Assembly (NCBI GenBank): GCA_964016885.1
Contig: OZ024743.1
Coordinates: 289,044,001-289,108,000 of the forward strand
Length of the DNA: 64,000 bases
From: Eledone cirrhosa
Lineage: Eukaryota
Direction: 5' to 3'
A program made the translations under genes and the position numbers. The notes beneath the pieces were generated by a model. It searched no databases and was not told the DNA's origin. It saw only the letters and a program-made list of their open reading frames with translations. How positions within the stretch are numbered: the stretch's first letter is position 1; each line of letters begins with the position of its first letter. Below, piece after piece: positions 1 to 14,159 of the stretch.

Positions 1-258
1 TCAGCCAAATTTGAATATCAGAGGACTGCACAGTCAGTTTCCTTTATACGAGCGATCAATGGCCGGCTTTGCCACATTCAAATAAAAAAATGTTAGCTCT
101 ACATGGCTGAATACAATAAATGTAATCTGAGTTTTTCGAATATTTATAATAATATTCCAACTGTCAAAGCTAGTGAAACTATATGGTATTTTCGAAAAAA
201 TACAGTGACTGATCGGTTTGAGTTACATATTTATATATATATATAAATATATATATAA

Positions 259-374
<116 letters not shown>

Positions 375-443
375 ATATATGTATATCTGTGTGATGTTGA
401 CGGACGGGCGTGAGAGTACACAATACAATTCTTTGTTTTGCAG

Positions 444-623
444 ATCAAAGAGACGGATGGGCAAGCGTAATCATTGAGAATGTTACACGCTGGATCTTAG
501 GGAACTTTCACGGGCTCCTCTTTTCTGTAATTATTCGGGCCGTCACTGGTCCATTCTCGTTGTGACCTTTTCTGAAGCCTCCAAAAAGTTCATCGGCTCC
601 GCCTCTTCCTCCTTGCACATATA
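444..623 (+). other. Candidate spliced exon (probably non-coding/UTR)
   Basis: Unique, GC-richer 180-bp island bounded by ttctttgttttgcag| and |gtaaga; all three + frames contain a stop; no protein recognised. Confidence 0.3.
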
Positions 624-1252
624 GTAAGATAAATAAACAATTAACCTGAAAAAGGGGAGCCAAGAATCAAAAGATGGCTTTTCAGAAATAGGTCTGCCTG
701 GAGTGCCTGATGTTTTATAGGACATAGCATTATCTAAGTTAAGATTCAGATCCAACAACGTGTGAAGAATGAATCATGGAATAAATGAGTGAATGATGGA
801 ATGAGTGAACATTAGACTGACAAGCAAAGAATGGTTGCATTTTCTGCACATTTCATGTACCGTAGACCTACATGCATGGATGATACTGATATCCTAAGTG
901 TTAGTTTCACACGGGTGGCGACCGATAAAGAGAAATAATAATAAATACATAAAACAACAAAGAAGATGTTTAAGGAGTTAATTGTAACAGTGAGAAGCAC
1001 ATCCGGGGTGGCAGACAAGCTTGATGTAGGTAGTTAGAAGGAGAGAGAAAGAAAGAGAGAAGAGAGCTGGCGCGAATGAGGTGGCTGCAGACTCATTTGC
1101 AGCATGTTTTATAACATTAGCAGAACTAATGATTTACACTGTGATGTCTATATTTTTTCAACAATACCACTGATTAAGTGAGCTCATGCATGTCTACATG
1201 GTTGTTTCTCTGTGTGCATGTTCTATATCAACATGATATTCATGCAGATATA

Positions 1253-1333
<81 letters not shown>

Positions 1334-2315
1334 GTATATATATGTGTGTGTGTGTGTGTGTGTGCGTGTGTGTGTGATCCTAGTGGAATACATCTGCTAA
1401 ACCAGTTAATTATATAAATATAAACGATTACTTATCATAACCATAACTTAACTAGGCTTGTGTTGATGAATTCGTCAGATCAACTCTCTCCCATTCCTCC
1501 CCTCTCTCTCTCTCTGTCTCTCTCTCTCTCTCTCCTGTCTCCTCTCTCTATCTCTCTCTATATATATATATATATAATATTATGCCCTAAGCATGCTAAG
1601 CAACCGAAGGGTACGATGAATTTATATTTTTATATGTATTTTATAGAGGTAATAGATATTGCATTAATACGTTCAGTATTCAGACAGCGCGCCGGGCCAA
1701 TTTCACGTTTATCACTGTTAATTAAAAAAAAGAAAAACATTAAATATTTTCATTTGACTTTTCGAAATATTTGGGTTCTCACCAGAATATACGTATAATC
1801 ATCCAACAGAACCACGTGGAAATAGGTAACTGATCGGTCTATGGACATTATGGTTTATAGTAGTATGACAGAAATCGGCGTAATAATTTACGTATTATTA
1901 GAACTTTTGTTCCTTGCTAATTAGGGAATATATTAAATTGTGCGCTAAGTAGCCGATGAATACGATGAATATATTCTTTTCATTGTACTTGCTCGATGAG
2001 CCTGGGGTCATCTTAGGACAGTGAGGCATCATCATGTCAGAGCCAATCACGTCCACCAGTGCCATCTCCTCCTCATCAACAAAGGTGATATCGAACCTCT
2101 GGAGATATTCGTTGATAACATTCGCTATAATTTATATGCAAATATAAATTCCTCCGCCTCATCTCTCTCTCTCTCCCTCTCCCTCCTTCTCTATCTATCT
2201 ATCTATCTATCTATATCTATATATATATATAAACTATAATAAATGGAGGAGCGCGGGACTGCGTACGGTTTATAATTTTTTATCCCATTAGTAAAATAAG
2301 TTGGATTACTTTGAA

Positions 2316-2507
2316 TAAATAATTGTTTCTACGTTTGGCATAAGGCCAGCAAATACCCAGTGCATTACTGGTACTTTATTTTATCGACCCCGTAAGGATG
2401 AAAGGCAAAGTTAACCTTCGCGGGATTTGAACTGAGAATGGTAAGGGTCGTAACTCTATACGTCAAAGCATGGCGTCCGACCCTCTACCGATACTGCCAA
2501 TCCACCA
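2316..2507 (-). mobile_element. tRNA-derived CORE-type SINE (octopus OR-like)
   Basis: Minus strand: A box TGGCAGTATCGG, B box GTTCAAATCC, core GCCTTTCATCCTTACGGGGTCGATAAAATAAAGTACCAG, AT-rich tail; related copies at 10022, 17600, 23690, 23805, 56590. Confidence 0.85.
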
Positions 2508-3055
2508 ATGAATGAATGTTACATAATTTATCTACTAAATTTCGTGGCTATTGATTAAATATATTTTGTTTATTTAAAGATTCACTTCTTTAACATTTCT
2601 GAAATTTCAACACTTCCGGTGGCGATCGCTTCAATAAACATACTAATTTTCTGTCACTAATTTTCTCTTAATGCAGTTTATATATAATATCGTCTTTTTT
2701 TAATGTATCATGGATTACGTTACTGTTTACATAAAACAGTGTAACATAGTCTTCGTTCAATTTCTGTGTATATTGGCAATTACGATTTTATTTAATTTAT
2801 CATATCTACATGTGTATATACTTGCGTATAATATCAATATAAACACTACACATGCTAGCAGAAAACCACCCGAAGGGTGGTTTTTCTCCTAGTATATATA
2901 ATTTTGAGTATGTGTTTGTTATTTACCGATGCCTCAGTATGCAGATTGGAGCACTAGAGGAGTAACAACACACCCAGGAGTTGGGCATATTAATGAATTA
3001 ACACGGTAATATCTATTACAACATCATGCTTTCCTGTTTTTTTCTGTTTAAATTT

Positions 3056-3110
3056 TTACTGCCTGATGAGGTCATAGCTGTTGATTAATGGCTATCACTG
3101 AAATAAATAA
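3056..3110 (+). ncRNA. Partial type I hammerhead ribozyme (3' stem I strand missing)
   Basis: TTACTGC-CTGATGA-13-bp stem II (GGTCATAGCTGTT/AATGGCTATCACT, one mismatch)-GAAA; the missing 3' part (GAAATATATA-GCAGTAA) occurs on the minus strand at 15281-15310. Confidence 0.55.
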
Positions 3111-3223
3111 ATCACTGAATAAACCTATTTTACCCTTATGACTTATCCTTCTTATATATATATATATATATATAAATGAAAGGTATAGAAAACATTGTAG
3201 CAAAAAGCCAACAGTATTCCATA

Positions 3224-3288
<65 letters not shown>

Positions 3289-3953
3289 AGCACGATCTGG
3301 TATAGCTAAATACTGTAAACCAATACTGCAGTTTTAATGTTGGACATCCGGCAACGGAACCGTTGACACAATTTTAATGACACGTCCTGCTGTGTCTAAT
3401 GTGGATCTATAACCCTGACAGGAAAAACATAACGCCTCTCAGCAAAGATGGCTAGCTATCAAATATATGTATAGTTTGGAGGAACAGTAAGACATTTCGG
3501 ACTTACAATGCCGGATCGCTTGGGAAGACGTGCAATAGATTATCTATCGCTGATATCCTGGTAAGTATCTGAAACATAGTGAGCCGGTGGAAATGACCAT
3601 AGTGATAAAACAAGGACCACCTCAAGTGGTTTAAATCAATCCTGCCTAAACTCCAATCACATATTCTGCTGGAGTATAACCATGGCTCGTGTAGTCTCGG
3701 AAATTACAGACACGTGCCATTCATATGTGGTGTAAATATAATTTGCAATTAATGGTTCCTTAAAGGTCTTTACTTTGTCTTTCCTAGAAACACAGGAACG
3801 CCTCAGTTCTTTACAATTTCCACTCCTATCTAAAAACTAAGCATGTCCCAACATGTCTAGGAAACTCCGTGTAATAATGTGAAAGTTATTGACTATGTAT
3901 GTATGTATGTATGTATGTATGTATGTATGTATGTATGTATGTATGTATGTTAT

Positions 3954-4620
3954 GTCAGGTCACCAGTTGGTGCTACTGGTAACATGTATGCCAGTACAAC
4001 CTGTCTCATGGTCGGGTCGTTGGCGACTAAACTGGCAAACCCACCAAGGTTTCTTGGTGAGGAGGGTGACTTTGGACATCCTGCAGGACTAAAAACAAAA
4101 CCTGTCAAAGGGCAAAGGAGCTCTTAAGAGTCAATGGCCATCCAAAATCACCGGGAGAGATGACCCCTTAGCCTTTGTCAAGGCAGAATTCTAGGAGAAG
4201 GAAAACTCTGATATAACATCTGCAACCCTGATGGTATCCAATGATGTTGACTTGTTCTTCTTTTTGGTAAATATCATCTTGGTTAAGAGAGTGGGACTGG
4301 CTTTGTGCAGTGCCTTTGCTCACTATAAAAGATTCACGGCACAGGCATTGCTTTATATCTGGAGATCTCTCTGCACTTGTCGTCACATGGTACCATGGGC
4401 CCAGCACCATGTGTCAATAATTGTCACAAGTGTAGTGTTTGTACCAGAGTTTTCAAGTTGCTGGCTGGACTAAAATGTCACTCGTTCAGCGCATTGGTAG
4501 GAGTTCTCCTACATGGATATAAAGTAGTGGCCGTACTCGAAAACGAGTTGGCAGCCACCACCATGTATGTATGTATGTATGTATGTATGTATGTATGTAT
4601 GTATGTATGTATGTATGTAT
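3954..4620 (+). mobile_element. Non-autonomous, internally deleted RTE-type retroelement with (ATGT)n tail, copy 1
   Basis: Closely similar to 34949-35553; RTE-like 5'UTR motif CTAGGAGAAGGAAAACTCTG joined to a C2H2 finger remnant (CSVCTRVFKLLAGLKCH); flanked on both sides by (ATGT)n. Confidence 0.75.
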
Positions 4621-5250
4621 CCCCCAACGATCATATCCCCAAGCAACTATTTTATGGGGAACTTGCTCAGGAAAAAGGAAATGGAGCAAGCCAAAAAAGA
4701 GGTTCAGGGATGCATTGAGGGAGAACTTGAAGAATATAGGAGTCAATCCCCCAAAACCTGGAAAGACTTGTAGTGGATTGCCCTACCTGGCGCTCAAAAA
4801 TTTGAAAACTTTTGAGCAAAATAGATTAAAGTAACTAAATATTAAGAGTAATGTAAGGAAATAAACAAGCAGTAAGTGAATACACAATTAATGGGATTTT
4901 TTCTACTTGCACACTCTGCCTGTCAGAAGTTGGATTTCAGTCTCACGCGATAGGACAATTTCTACTGACCTCAGAACTTACCAAACATTTCACACTTATC
5001 AAAGCCACATATGTCACAAAATAAGCAAACCTAAAGGAAGTCTGGGGAGACATTTCAGGGTTCATCAAGATCAGACAACCCAGGCAGTTGAAACTACAAC
5101 AAAACTAAGGTGCAATTCATGCGGACGATAATTTAAAGGTATGTCTGATCTAAAATGTCATTAAGGCTTTCATGCCAGAACTAAGCTGCGTGTACTTTTA
5201 GGTGGTAAAGCTTTGTATTGAGCAGACAACCGCCATGTATGCATGTATTA
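4621..5250 (+). mobile_element. RTE-clade LINE 3' fragment (decayed)
   Basis: IPKQLFYGEL...KPKKRFRDALRENLK motif, two C2H2 remnants (ICHKISKPKGSLGRHFRVH; CNSCGR...LKCH), ends in ccatgtatg; contains stops and frameshifts. Confidence 0.8.
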
Positions 5251-5719
5251 GGATGATCTCTGAGAAGTTCCTAATAGAATAACTTTCTAAATGTTTGACC
5301 TGGTACTTATTCATAATGCCCAACACCTCAGTAGCCAAAAAGAAAAACAATAACGGTCAGCAACTCTTTGATTTTGTGACGCACTTGACGTAGGATTTGG
5401 TGGACTTAGTAACATAGAATGCTTCCGCTGTGAAGGACAAGCGTTGGTTTTTCAGGTTAAATACTCTTGCGAAATGAAAATGTATCACGTAAGTAGTACA
5501 ACTGACATGCATGCTGTTTAACAATGACTGATTTATTCAACGAGCTCACCCAAGCACACGCATGTGCACGAATATTTTAGCTCCATTTCCACACTCCAGT
5601 CTCCCTAACGTCATTACCCCCATCTGGAAAAACTAATAACTAAATTCGCTTACTTTTCTGTCAGACCTCGTGCATATATATATATATATATGCACACGTA
5701 AAATAAAATACAACCGAGA

Positions 5720-6322
5720 TTGCGTAACTTTGTATAATAATTTACACATTATTATTACATAAACATGTAAACATGCCAAATATATATTTCCTACTAAATT
5801 CAATAAATTATAAACAACTTTAACCGGTTTTCTAGCTTAACTGTGCTTTCATCAGAAGGCATGTGTATCATTTATACAACCACAAGGAAATACGAAATGG
5901 AGGGGCTTATATACCCTATCTCTGTTAGTAGTATCCTGGAATGGATATATTGTTATTAGCGCATATTTTGATAGTTAATTAAGATACAGATGAATCTGTT
6001 AGCTAAGCATATAAGTTATATCTGTATATATACAAGATAAAAGTAACCGTGACTACATGATTGTATACAGAAATGTACACGTTATTACATAGACACGTAA
6101 ACACGCCGAACCAAATATACGAATTGAGAAAGAAACCATAAGCACATTTTATCGTCTTTCAAACCAAATTGGGCATTAATAAAATGAAATATATATCATC
6201 TATACAACCACAGGAAAACACGTTAGCCAGTGGTTTATATACCTTATCACTTATAATATTATCCTGAAATGGATGTACTAATTTGCATAATATTAGAGCT
6301 CATATTAGTAATTGATTAAGAT
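5720..6322. repeat. Degenerate ~330-bp tandem dimer carrying a hammerhead
   Basis: Blocks recur about 330 bp apart (ttattacata.acaYgtaaacaYgcc at ~5752/6082; tatacaaccacaRgRaaa at ~5873/6201; atcctgRaatggat). Confidence 0.6.
5818..5858 (-). ncRNA. Minimal type I hammerhead ribozyme
   Basis: Minus: CTT-CTGATGA-A-AGC-acagttaa-GCT-A-GAAA-ACCGGT-TA-AAG; 3-bp stem I, palindromic stem III AACCGGTT. Confidence 0.6.
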
Positions 6323-6380
6323 ATATATATATATATAAAATATATTAACAAATGGAAACTATATTTATAAAACCATATTC

Positions 6381-6444
6381 ATTTCATTATACATATTTCA
6401 AGGGCCACCAGAGCAAACTATGGTGCGCTTTCATCAGATAAAAT
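6381..6444 (-). ncRNA. Type I hammerhead ribozyme in the Naiad 3' pLTR
   Basis: Minus: ATTTTAT-CTGATGA-AAGCGCACCA..TGGTGGCCCTT-GAAA-TATGTA-TA-ATGAAAT; 7-bp stem I, self-complementary stem III; predicted cut at 6387/6388. Confidence 0.8.
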
Positions 6445-7496
6445 ATAATATAGGTTAGTTTTATAAATAAATATTCACATACCCTTAAAAAATGCAACCA
6501 TTCTGGTTGGAATCTCCTGGATAGTGGAGTTATTAGATTTATTGTTGGTTTATTATGCAAACTAGTGTTGCAATTGTTTTAAAATAGTATATTTAAATTA
6601 AGCCGTTGGAATAGGGAAAGAAGAGAAAAGAAAGAGAAAAAAAAACAAGAAAGAAAGAGAGAAACCTGAGTATATTTTAGAGAGAGAGAATAGCGTAATT
6701 TTGAGAGAAGAGGCGAAGAATACCGTAAGATGGATAAACAATAATAACAACCAATAACAGATACTAATAAAGATGGATAAACAATAATAAAGCTAAGTTG
6801 AAGAATTTATCTAATGTTTAATTAATAATGTTTAATTAATAAATTTGATTAAATGTTTAATTAATAATTTATCAATTCAATCCGTAGTTTAAATGTTTAA
6901 ATGTGTATGTTATATTATTAAAGTTGAGACCGATATATTATTATTAAAGAATATATATTATTAAAAAATATGTTATTATTACAAAACCATATATAATTTT
7001 ATTATTATTAATTAATTATTTTAAAAAATTTGTAAGTTTAAAATATCCGAATATTTCTAAGCTCATGGAATTTCTGAGAGTTTACCGAAGAATAATCCTT
7101 TATTTGTAATAGCAGTAGAGCGTAAAGGAAATTGCTAGCGATTTAATAATAATTTAGATAGCTCTAAGGATTAGATGTTATAAAGTTAAATGTTATAAAG
7201 TTAAGATGTTAAAACATTTTAATTATCCATCTTAATAGTGTAATTAGAGCATGAATTTTATGTTATTTTATAGCAAGTTATAAATTCATAATTCCAACCT
7301 GTTATACAGTTATGACTGTTAAAAACATAAATTTGTTTGCTATAACGTGTTAACATTTAAAAGTTCATTCATTGGAATATATCCAAAGCATAAACCATAA
7401 AAAAAAAAAATCTTTCATAAGAGTACATCTATAGAATATATTTAAAGTATAAATTTCATATATGTATATAAAATATTTTGACATACACATACATAT

Positions 7497-7540
<44 letters not shown>

Positions 7541-7789
7541 CAAGCATTTGAAAAATATATCTACACAATATATTCAATATAAAATATGAGATATTAATTA
7601 TAATTTAAATTATGAATTATGAATTCATTGTACCCATCATAGGAATTTTCAGAAAACCCTTTCTTCAAATCTTTCAGTACGTTTATCAAGAAAAGTTCTT
7701 CAAGAAAAAATCCTTTCAAGATAGTTATAAGCAATCATATGAAGGAATCCAATGAATTATCGATAGGTTTAATACAGATGAGTTATGTA

Positions 7790-10006
7790 TTACAATTGAT
7801 ATATATATTTAAACGTTGAGTTCAATCTATGTTTGCAAGAACTGAAAATATTGCTTCTTAAATTAACAGAATTTTTACTTTTTAATATAAAGAATATTTC
7901 CTCTATACAAAGAGCGCAATTATCAGAAGAAGCATTGAATGGAGGAGCTTTAGCGATAATATTCCAAAGTAAAGAATAGTTAGTGTTCTTTGATTTTAGG
8001 TCCCATAGTAAATTAGATAGAGAAATTGAAGATTTTTTATTTATATTCGTAAAAGCGTATGGTTATTAAAACGAACCTTAACATCTGTGGAGGTAGACCC
8101 TACATAATTAAATGAATTTAAATTAGTTTTTACATTACAATTATATACTATATTTTAAACTAAACAATTGTTATTTAACAGAGAGTTAGATTTATTTCTA
8201 CAGTAACATTTATCAAAATTTGAGTTTCTATGTGCCATATTATTCAGTTGGATATTGCTGGGGTTATTAATGGTATTCTGGTTAGGTTTTAAATTTCTAT
8301 TATTAATTCTATTAATATTCTGCGCTAAATTACTGGTGGTTGAATAAGTTAATTTTATAGTATGTCTATTAAATATTGAGTAATACCTATGTGTTCTAGG
8401 GAAGCATTTATCTAGAGCTTTAAAGAATAATTTAGCAATAGGAGTTTTATTACTTAATGAGAAAGGAGGAGCGAACCATAATATATTCCTAGTTCTATTT
8501 CTTTTTTTGTTTTTCGAATTATTGTAAGGTTTTCTATTATAGTTGTTAAAATTATAGTTATTTGTCATATCATTACTATCAATGTATTTAATTTTATTGC
8601 TATATCCAGCTCTACCTAACGCTTCGTTATAATATTGCGGTTTATCTTCAAAAATATTCTTATTAGCTGGAATTCTAGAAATACGTTGCTGCACAGAGTT
8701 TACTATGGTGTTTTTAACGGATCTGGGGTGATTTGAATTAAAATTAACGTAGTTTAAGTTCTCGTTTATTTTGTGAAATAGATAATAAATACCTGTGTTA
8801 AGGTTTAAAGTTACATCTAGAAAGTTAACTATTTTATAATTATTCTCTATTTCTACTTTAATATTAAGGTAATTAAAAAATTGTATAATTTCTTTTCTTT
8901 TCCTATTTATTTCACATTTATTATTATTTTCTATAAGTAATAGCATATCGTCGCGAGTAAACCTCCGGTCATCTCTGGTATTTTCCTATGTAGAGTATTA
9001 TTAATAAAAAGCCCCACAAGATCCGCTATTTGGGCGGAATCCGATGACCCCATAGTGATATCGAAATTATTATCTCTGTCTGCTCTAGTCCAGAGGTGGT
9101 TGTTAAATTTAATTAATGTTTCCGTGCAGTTAAGATAATGCGCGTTTCATTACTAGTTAAGTCTGTATGTTTAAATGCATATGTTATTAGGGCTTTGTTA
9201 AGTAGATTAGGAGTGATGGATGAGTAATAATTAGCAATATCCAATTGAATAAACTTATTATTATAGTTATATTTAATGTCTTTAAACCAGTCGATAACTT
9301 CGTTAGTTCCTTTCCACAATTTTAAATAAGACAATTCTTTAATTTGTGGTATCATTCTGTCTAAAATGCTCTTGCTAAGTATGCCAAGGTCCGATTTAGA
9401 TGGTGCAATTAATCTAACTGGTAATTCAATTTCAAAATTCCTTTTATGGTCCTTCATATTAATTTTTGGTTTTCTTGGCATGAAGGGTTGTGTCCTATTT
9501 TCAATGTCTAATTCTTGCATTATGTAAGAAGCTTCTGTATTCAATTTTCAAGGTCATCATAAGTTGTCTTTTTGTATTTCTTCCTTAATTCCTTTAATAT
9601 AAGATCGCTATAACTATCCTTTTGCATTCCATAGAGATTGTTAGTTTTATCTGACTTGACTAGAATTTTTTCCGTTTTTTCAAAGCTTTCTATATTATTT
9701 TTGAGATTTCTTAGGTAATCCTGGCCTATGAAGTTTTTTTTTTTTTAATTTAATGCTTTGAATGATAGAGATGATTTCATTTTCAAAATCCATTAGTAGT
9801 TTGTTGGAAGGTGGATTCTTTTTAGATTTGAAGATTCTATCGAGATTGGAAATATTCTCTTTTTCATCAGATTTATCAAAGTGGAAAGCACGCCACCTGA
9901 GTCTTTTTATAAATGAGTCTGATTTTTCTATTAATTGTTTCATAAAGTCTTTATTCCTAGGTAAAGGTATGTCCTTTAGAGAAGAAGAGATCTTAAAGAA
10001 TTCCAT
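7790..10006 (-). pseudogene. Penelope/Naiad RT-GIY-YIG ORF with frameshifts and stops
   Basis: FIKRLRWRAFHF; FIQLDIANYYSSI; FDITMGSSDSAQIADLVG; RDDML; VNFLDVTLNL; WFAPPFS; CYCRNKSNS; NIVYNC..NYVGSTS..KVRFNNH; CALCIEE. Confidence 0.9.
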
Positions 10007-10021
10007 TATTTTTCAGTTATA

Positions 10022-10152
10022 GTTACGTCCAATTACGATCGGAGTTCAAATCCCGCCGAGGTTGACTTTGGCTTTCATCCTTACGGGGTCGATAAAATAA
10101 AGTACCAGTAATGCACTGGGTAATTGCTGGCCTTGTGCCTAAAGTAGAAACA
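10022..10152 (+). mobile_element. 5'-truncated CORE SINE with 17-bp TSD inserted at the Naiad start codon
   Basis: B box GTTCAAATCC plus core; exact direct repeat ATTATTTTTCAGTTATA at 10005-10021 and 10153-10169. Confidence 0.9.
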
Positions 10153-10375
10153 ATTATTTTTCAGTTATAATTTAAAGCGCTCGACAGTAAAGGAGCAAAG
10201 TATATGTAAAGGTTATATTTAATTTGTTGGGATACAACAAGCAAAATATGGTTTTATAAATATAGTTTCCATTTGTTAATATATTGTATAGTTACTCCAA
10301 TAATTTGTTGAGTGCTTTATATCAGTTATAAAAATATTTTGCTTGATGTATCCCAACAAATTAAATATAATCTCT

Positions 10376-10439
<64 letters not shown>

Positions 10440-10799
10440 CTCTGTGCTGAATATCCGAAATATAGGATAATTTTTTATTTTTTTATTTACAGGGAAATAC
10501 GGATATTTGATATGTTTTTATGCCTATGAACAAAAATGTGTGAATTTATGTACACATTAACTAGATTCGGTTATATTTATTCTGTGTATACAGATATTAA
10601 TTATTGGGGATATCATTATTATCAAAGATATCACATTGTGGCTTTCAAATGAAAACACAGGCGTCACAGATCATACACAAGCAGAAAAAAACTGGATCAA
10701 TACGGTCACATTCTCACACCCTAAAACAGGAATACATTTACACACTGACAAATAAGTGCGACACAAACAAACCGACAGGCAGAGAGACACAGACACACA

Positions 10800-11481
<682 letters not shown>

Positions 11482-11747
11482 ACCAACAACAAACACACAC
11501 AAAGCATATAGCCACAAGCACAGACGTGTACACCTTGTGGCAGAGACTGTCATAACTAGTTGAATTCTGTGTAGTCACAGTACTTGCTAGAAATAATAGC
11601 CAAATATCATCTATTTTGAAAAACGAAGGACACGTTAGATACTGAAGTTGCAAATATGGGAATATGTCGAAATACGCATATGAGAATTTATCGGAATGTC
11701 TTTGTTAATAAAGGTACACTTTTTTGCAAGACCAAAGGATAAACAAA

Positions 11748-11867
11748 ACATACGGCCATATCACGCTGAAAACATCGGTTCTCGTCCGATCACCGAAGTT
11801 AAGCAACGTCGAGCCTAGGTAGTACTTAGATGGGTGACCGCTTGGGAACCCTAGGTGCTGTAAGCAT
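11748..11867 (+). rRNA. 5S rRNA: 5S rRNA copy (dispersed, probably retroposed pseudogene or SINE head)
   Basis: TACGGCCATATCACGCTGAAAACATCGGTTCTCGTCCGATCACCGAAGTTAAGCAACGTCGAGCC...GATGGGTGACCGCTTGGGAAC..GGTGCTGTAAGC; box A at +50 (11797); first bases ACA do not pair well with the 3' AGC; single copy, not in an array. Confidence 0.92.
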
Positions 11868-11875
11868 TTACTTTT

Positions 11876-11939
11876 CAAGGGCGGTGCCCCAGCATGGCCT
11901 CATACAGATGGCTGGAACAGGTAAAAGAGTAAAAGAGTA
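11876..11939 (+). mobile_element. SINE/LINE-type 3' tail fused to the 5S copy
   Basis: CAAGGGCGGTGCCCCAGCATGGCC...GGAACAG then (GTAAAAGA)x2; resembles, from recall, the 3' end of abundant octopus SINEs. Confidence 0.65.
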
Positions 11940-12103
11940 TGTTTATGAAAATGACATTCATATGCTTACGTATATGAATACTTGTGTATGTATGTGTATG
12001 TATATCAATCTATGTATCTATCTAACTATTTATCCATATGCCTCCTTCTCTCTCTTCTCTCTCTCTCTCTCTCTAGATATATATATACATATATATATGC
12101 ATG

Positions 12104-12171
<68 letters not shown>

Positions 12172-12256
12172 AACATATATATTAGTAATAATAATAAATT
12201 TTATGACTATATATAAATAATATATATATATGAAGACACACACATTATATATATAT

Positions 12257-12387
<131 letters not shown>

Positions 12388-12660
12388 TATATATATGTGT
12401 GTATATATATATATATGTGTCTGTGAGTATATAAATATGTCTCTGTGTGCAAATACTCACACATACACTCGTGTAGATAACGTTGCTAGAATTTGAGTAA
12501 TTGCAGATAAACAAATAGCAAATTACACCTAGGAATGAATCCCTTTAATACTATCACTCCAGTTGAGGGATCTCAGTTAAACTCACGTAAGAAATACATT
12601 TTTGACATTCGGGAACTTAGTTTATCGATCTCTTTGAACACACACACACACACACACACA

Positions 12661-12742
<82 letters not shown>

Positions 12743-12779
12743 ATATATAAGATCAAAAGATGGTTAAATGAGTTCCATG

Positions 12780-12850
12780 TATTTTATTATGCGCATTTCA
12801 AAAACAAATATCATCATGCAATAACATTTGTGTTTTCATCAGATAAAATA
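12780..12850 (-). ncRNA. Type I hammerhead ribozyme, intact
   Basis: Minus: TATTTTAT-CTGATGA-16-bp stem II (AAACACAAATGTTATT/GATGATATTTGTTTTT, one mismatch)-GAAA-TGCGCA-TA-ATAAAATA; 8-bp stem I, palindromic ATGCGCAT stem III. Confidence 0.88.
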
Positions 12851-12941
12851 GGAGGACATGATATGAAGGTTAAAAACACTTGTGGATAGTGCAGTTTTAA
12901 ATCAACATATGAAAAGTAGTTTTAGATTGATGTGTACCTCC

Positions 12942-13040
<99 letters not shown>

Positions 13041-13290
13041 ATATGGATAGATATTTATATATATTTATATATATTCATATATATCTATCTTTATATAGAC
13101 TCAGAATTCTATGTATCCAGCTCTTCCTCTCACTAGATCTTGGTGTTATATTTTGCATGTGTGTTTGTGTGTGTGACAAAACTAACATAGAATTATATAT
13201 GAAGGAAAGGAGAGATAGAAAGATAGTGATTTCAGGATCCATATGAATATACATGCATACATACGCACATACATATATCTGTATACATAA

Positions 13291-13650
<360 letters not shown>

Positions 13651-13673
13651 ATTATTACTATATATATATATAT

Positions 13674-13798
<125 letters not shown>

Positions 13799-13807
13799 TA
13801 TATATAT

Positions 13808-13842
<35 letters not shown>

Positions 13843-14159
13843 AATATATATATATATAGAAAGAGAGAGAGAGAAAAAGATATATATATATATATAGATA
13901 GATAGATAGATAGATAGAAATATATAGAAATATATCTTCATATTTACATCAATATATTTCGTTTTAAATAAACATCCGATTACAAAACAAAACGACTGGG
14001 AATTTTTAAGAAATTCAAGTGAAATCCAACAGGTGCCTGTTTTTGTTGTTGTTTTTTTTTGGTACTATGATCCCTTCTAAGCTATATATATATGCTTATA
14101 TTTGTATGCGTATAGGAACTGAATACATGAAAAGAGTATGTAAATTTTATTTTCTGCAG

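Larger units (their letters stand above)
6339..10370 (-). mobile_element. Penelope-like retroelement, Naiad-type, near full length, decayed
   Basis: Broken ORF 10006 to ~7790 with RT and GIY-YIG; hammerhead at the 3' end; terminal 41 bp (6339-6379) repeated inverted at 10245-10285; (TA)n at both ends. Confidence 0.9.

Noticed and set aside
444-623. Selenoprotein exon (frame with a single TGA, GPFSL*PFLK)
   Set aside because: No match to known Sec motifs; one stop in 60 codons is compatible with chance.
1990-2110. Minus-strand mini-ORF RFDITFVDEEEMALVDVIG sharing GGACGTGATT with ~14225
   Set aside because: Weak splice signals, no recognisable protein, and a 10-nt match is not significant.
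2440-2507. tRNA genes at A/B-box motifs
   Set aside because: These are SINE heads continuing into CORE and tail sequence; no cloverleaf.
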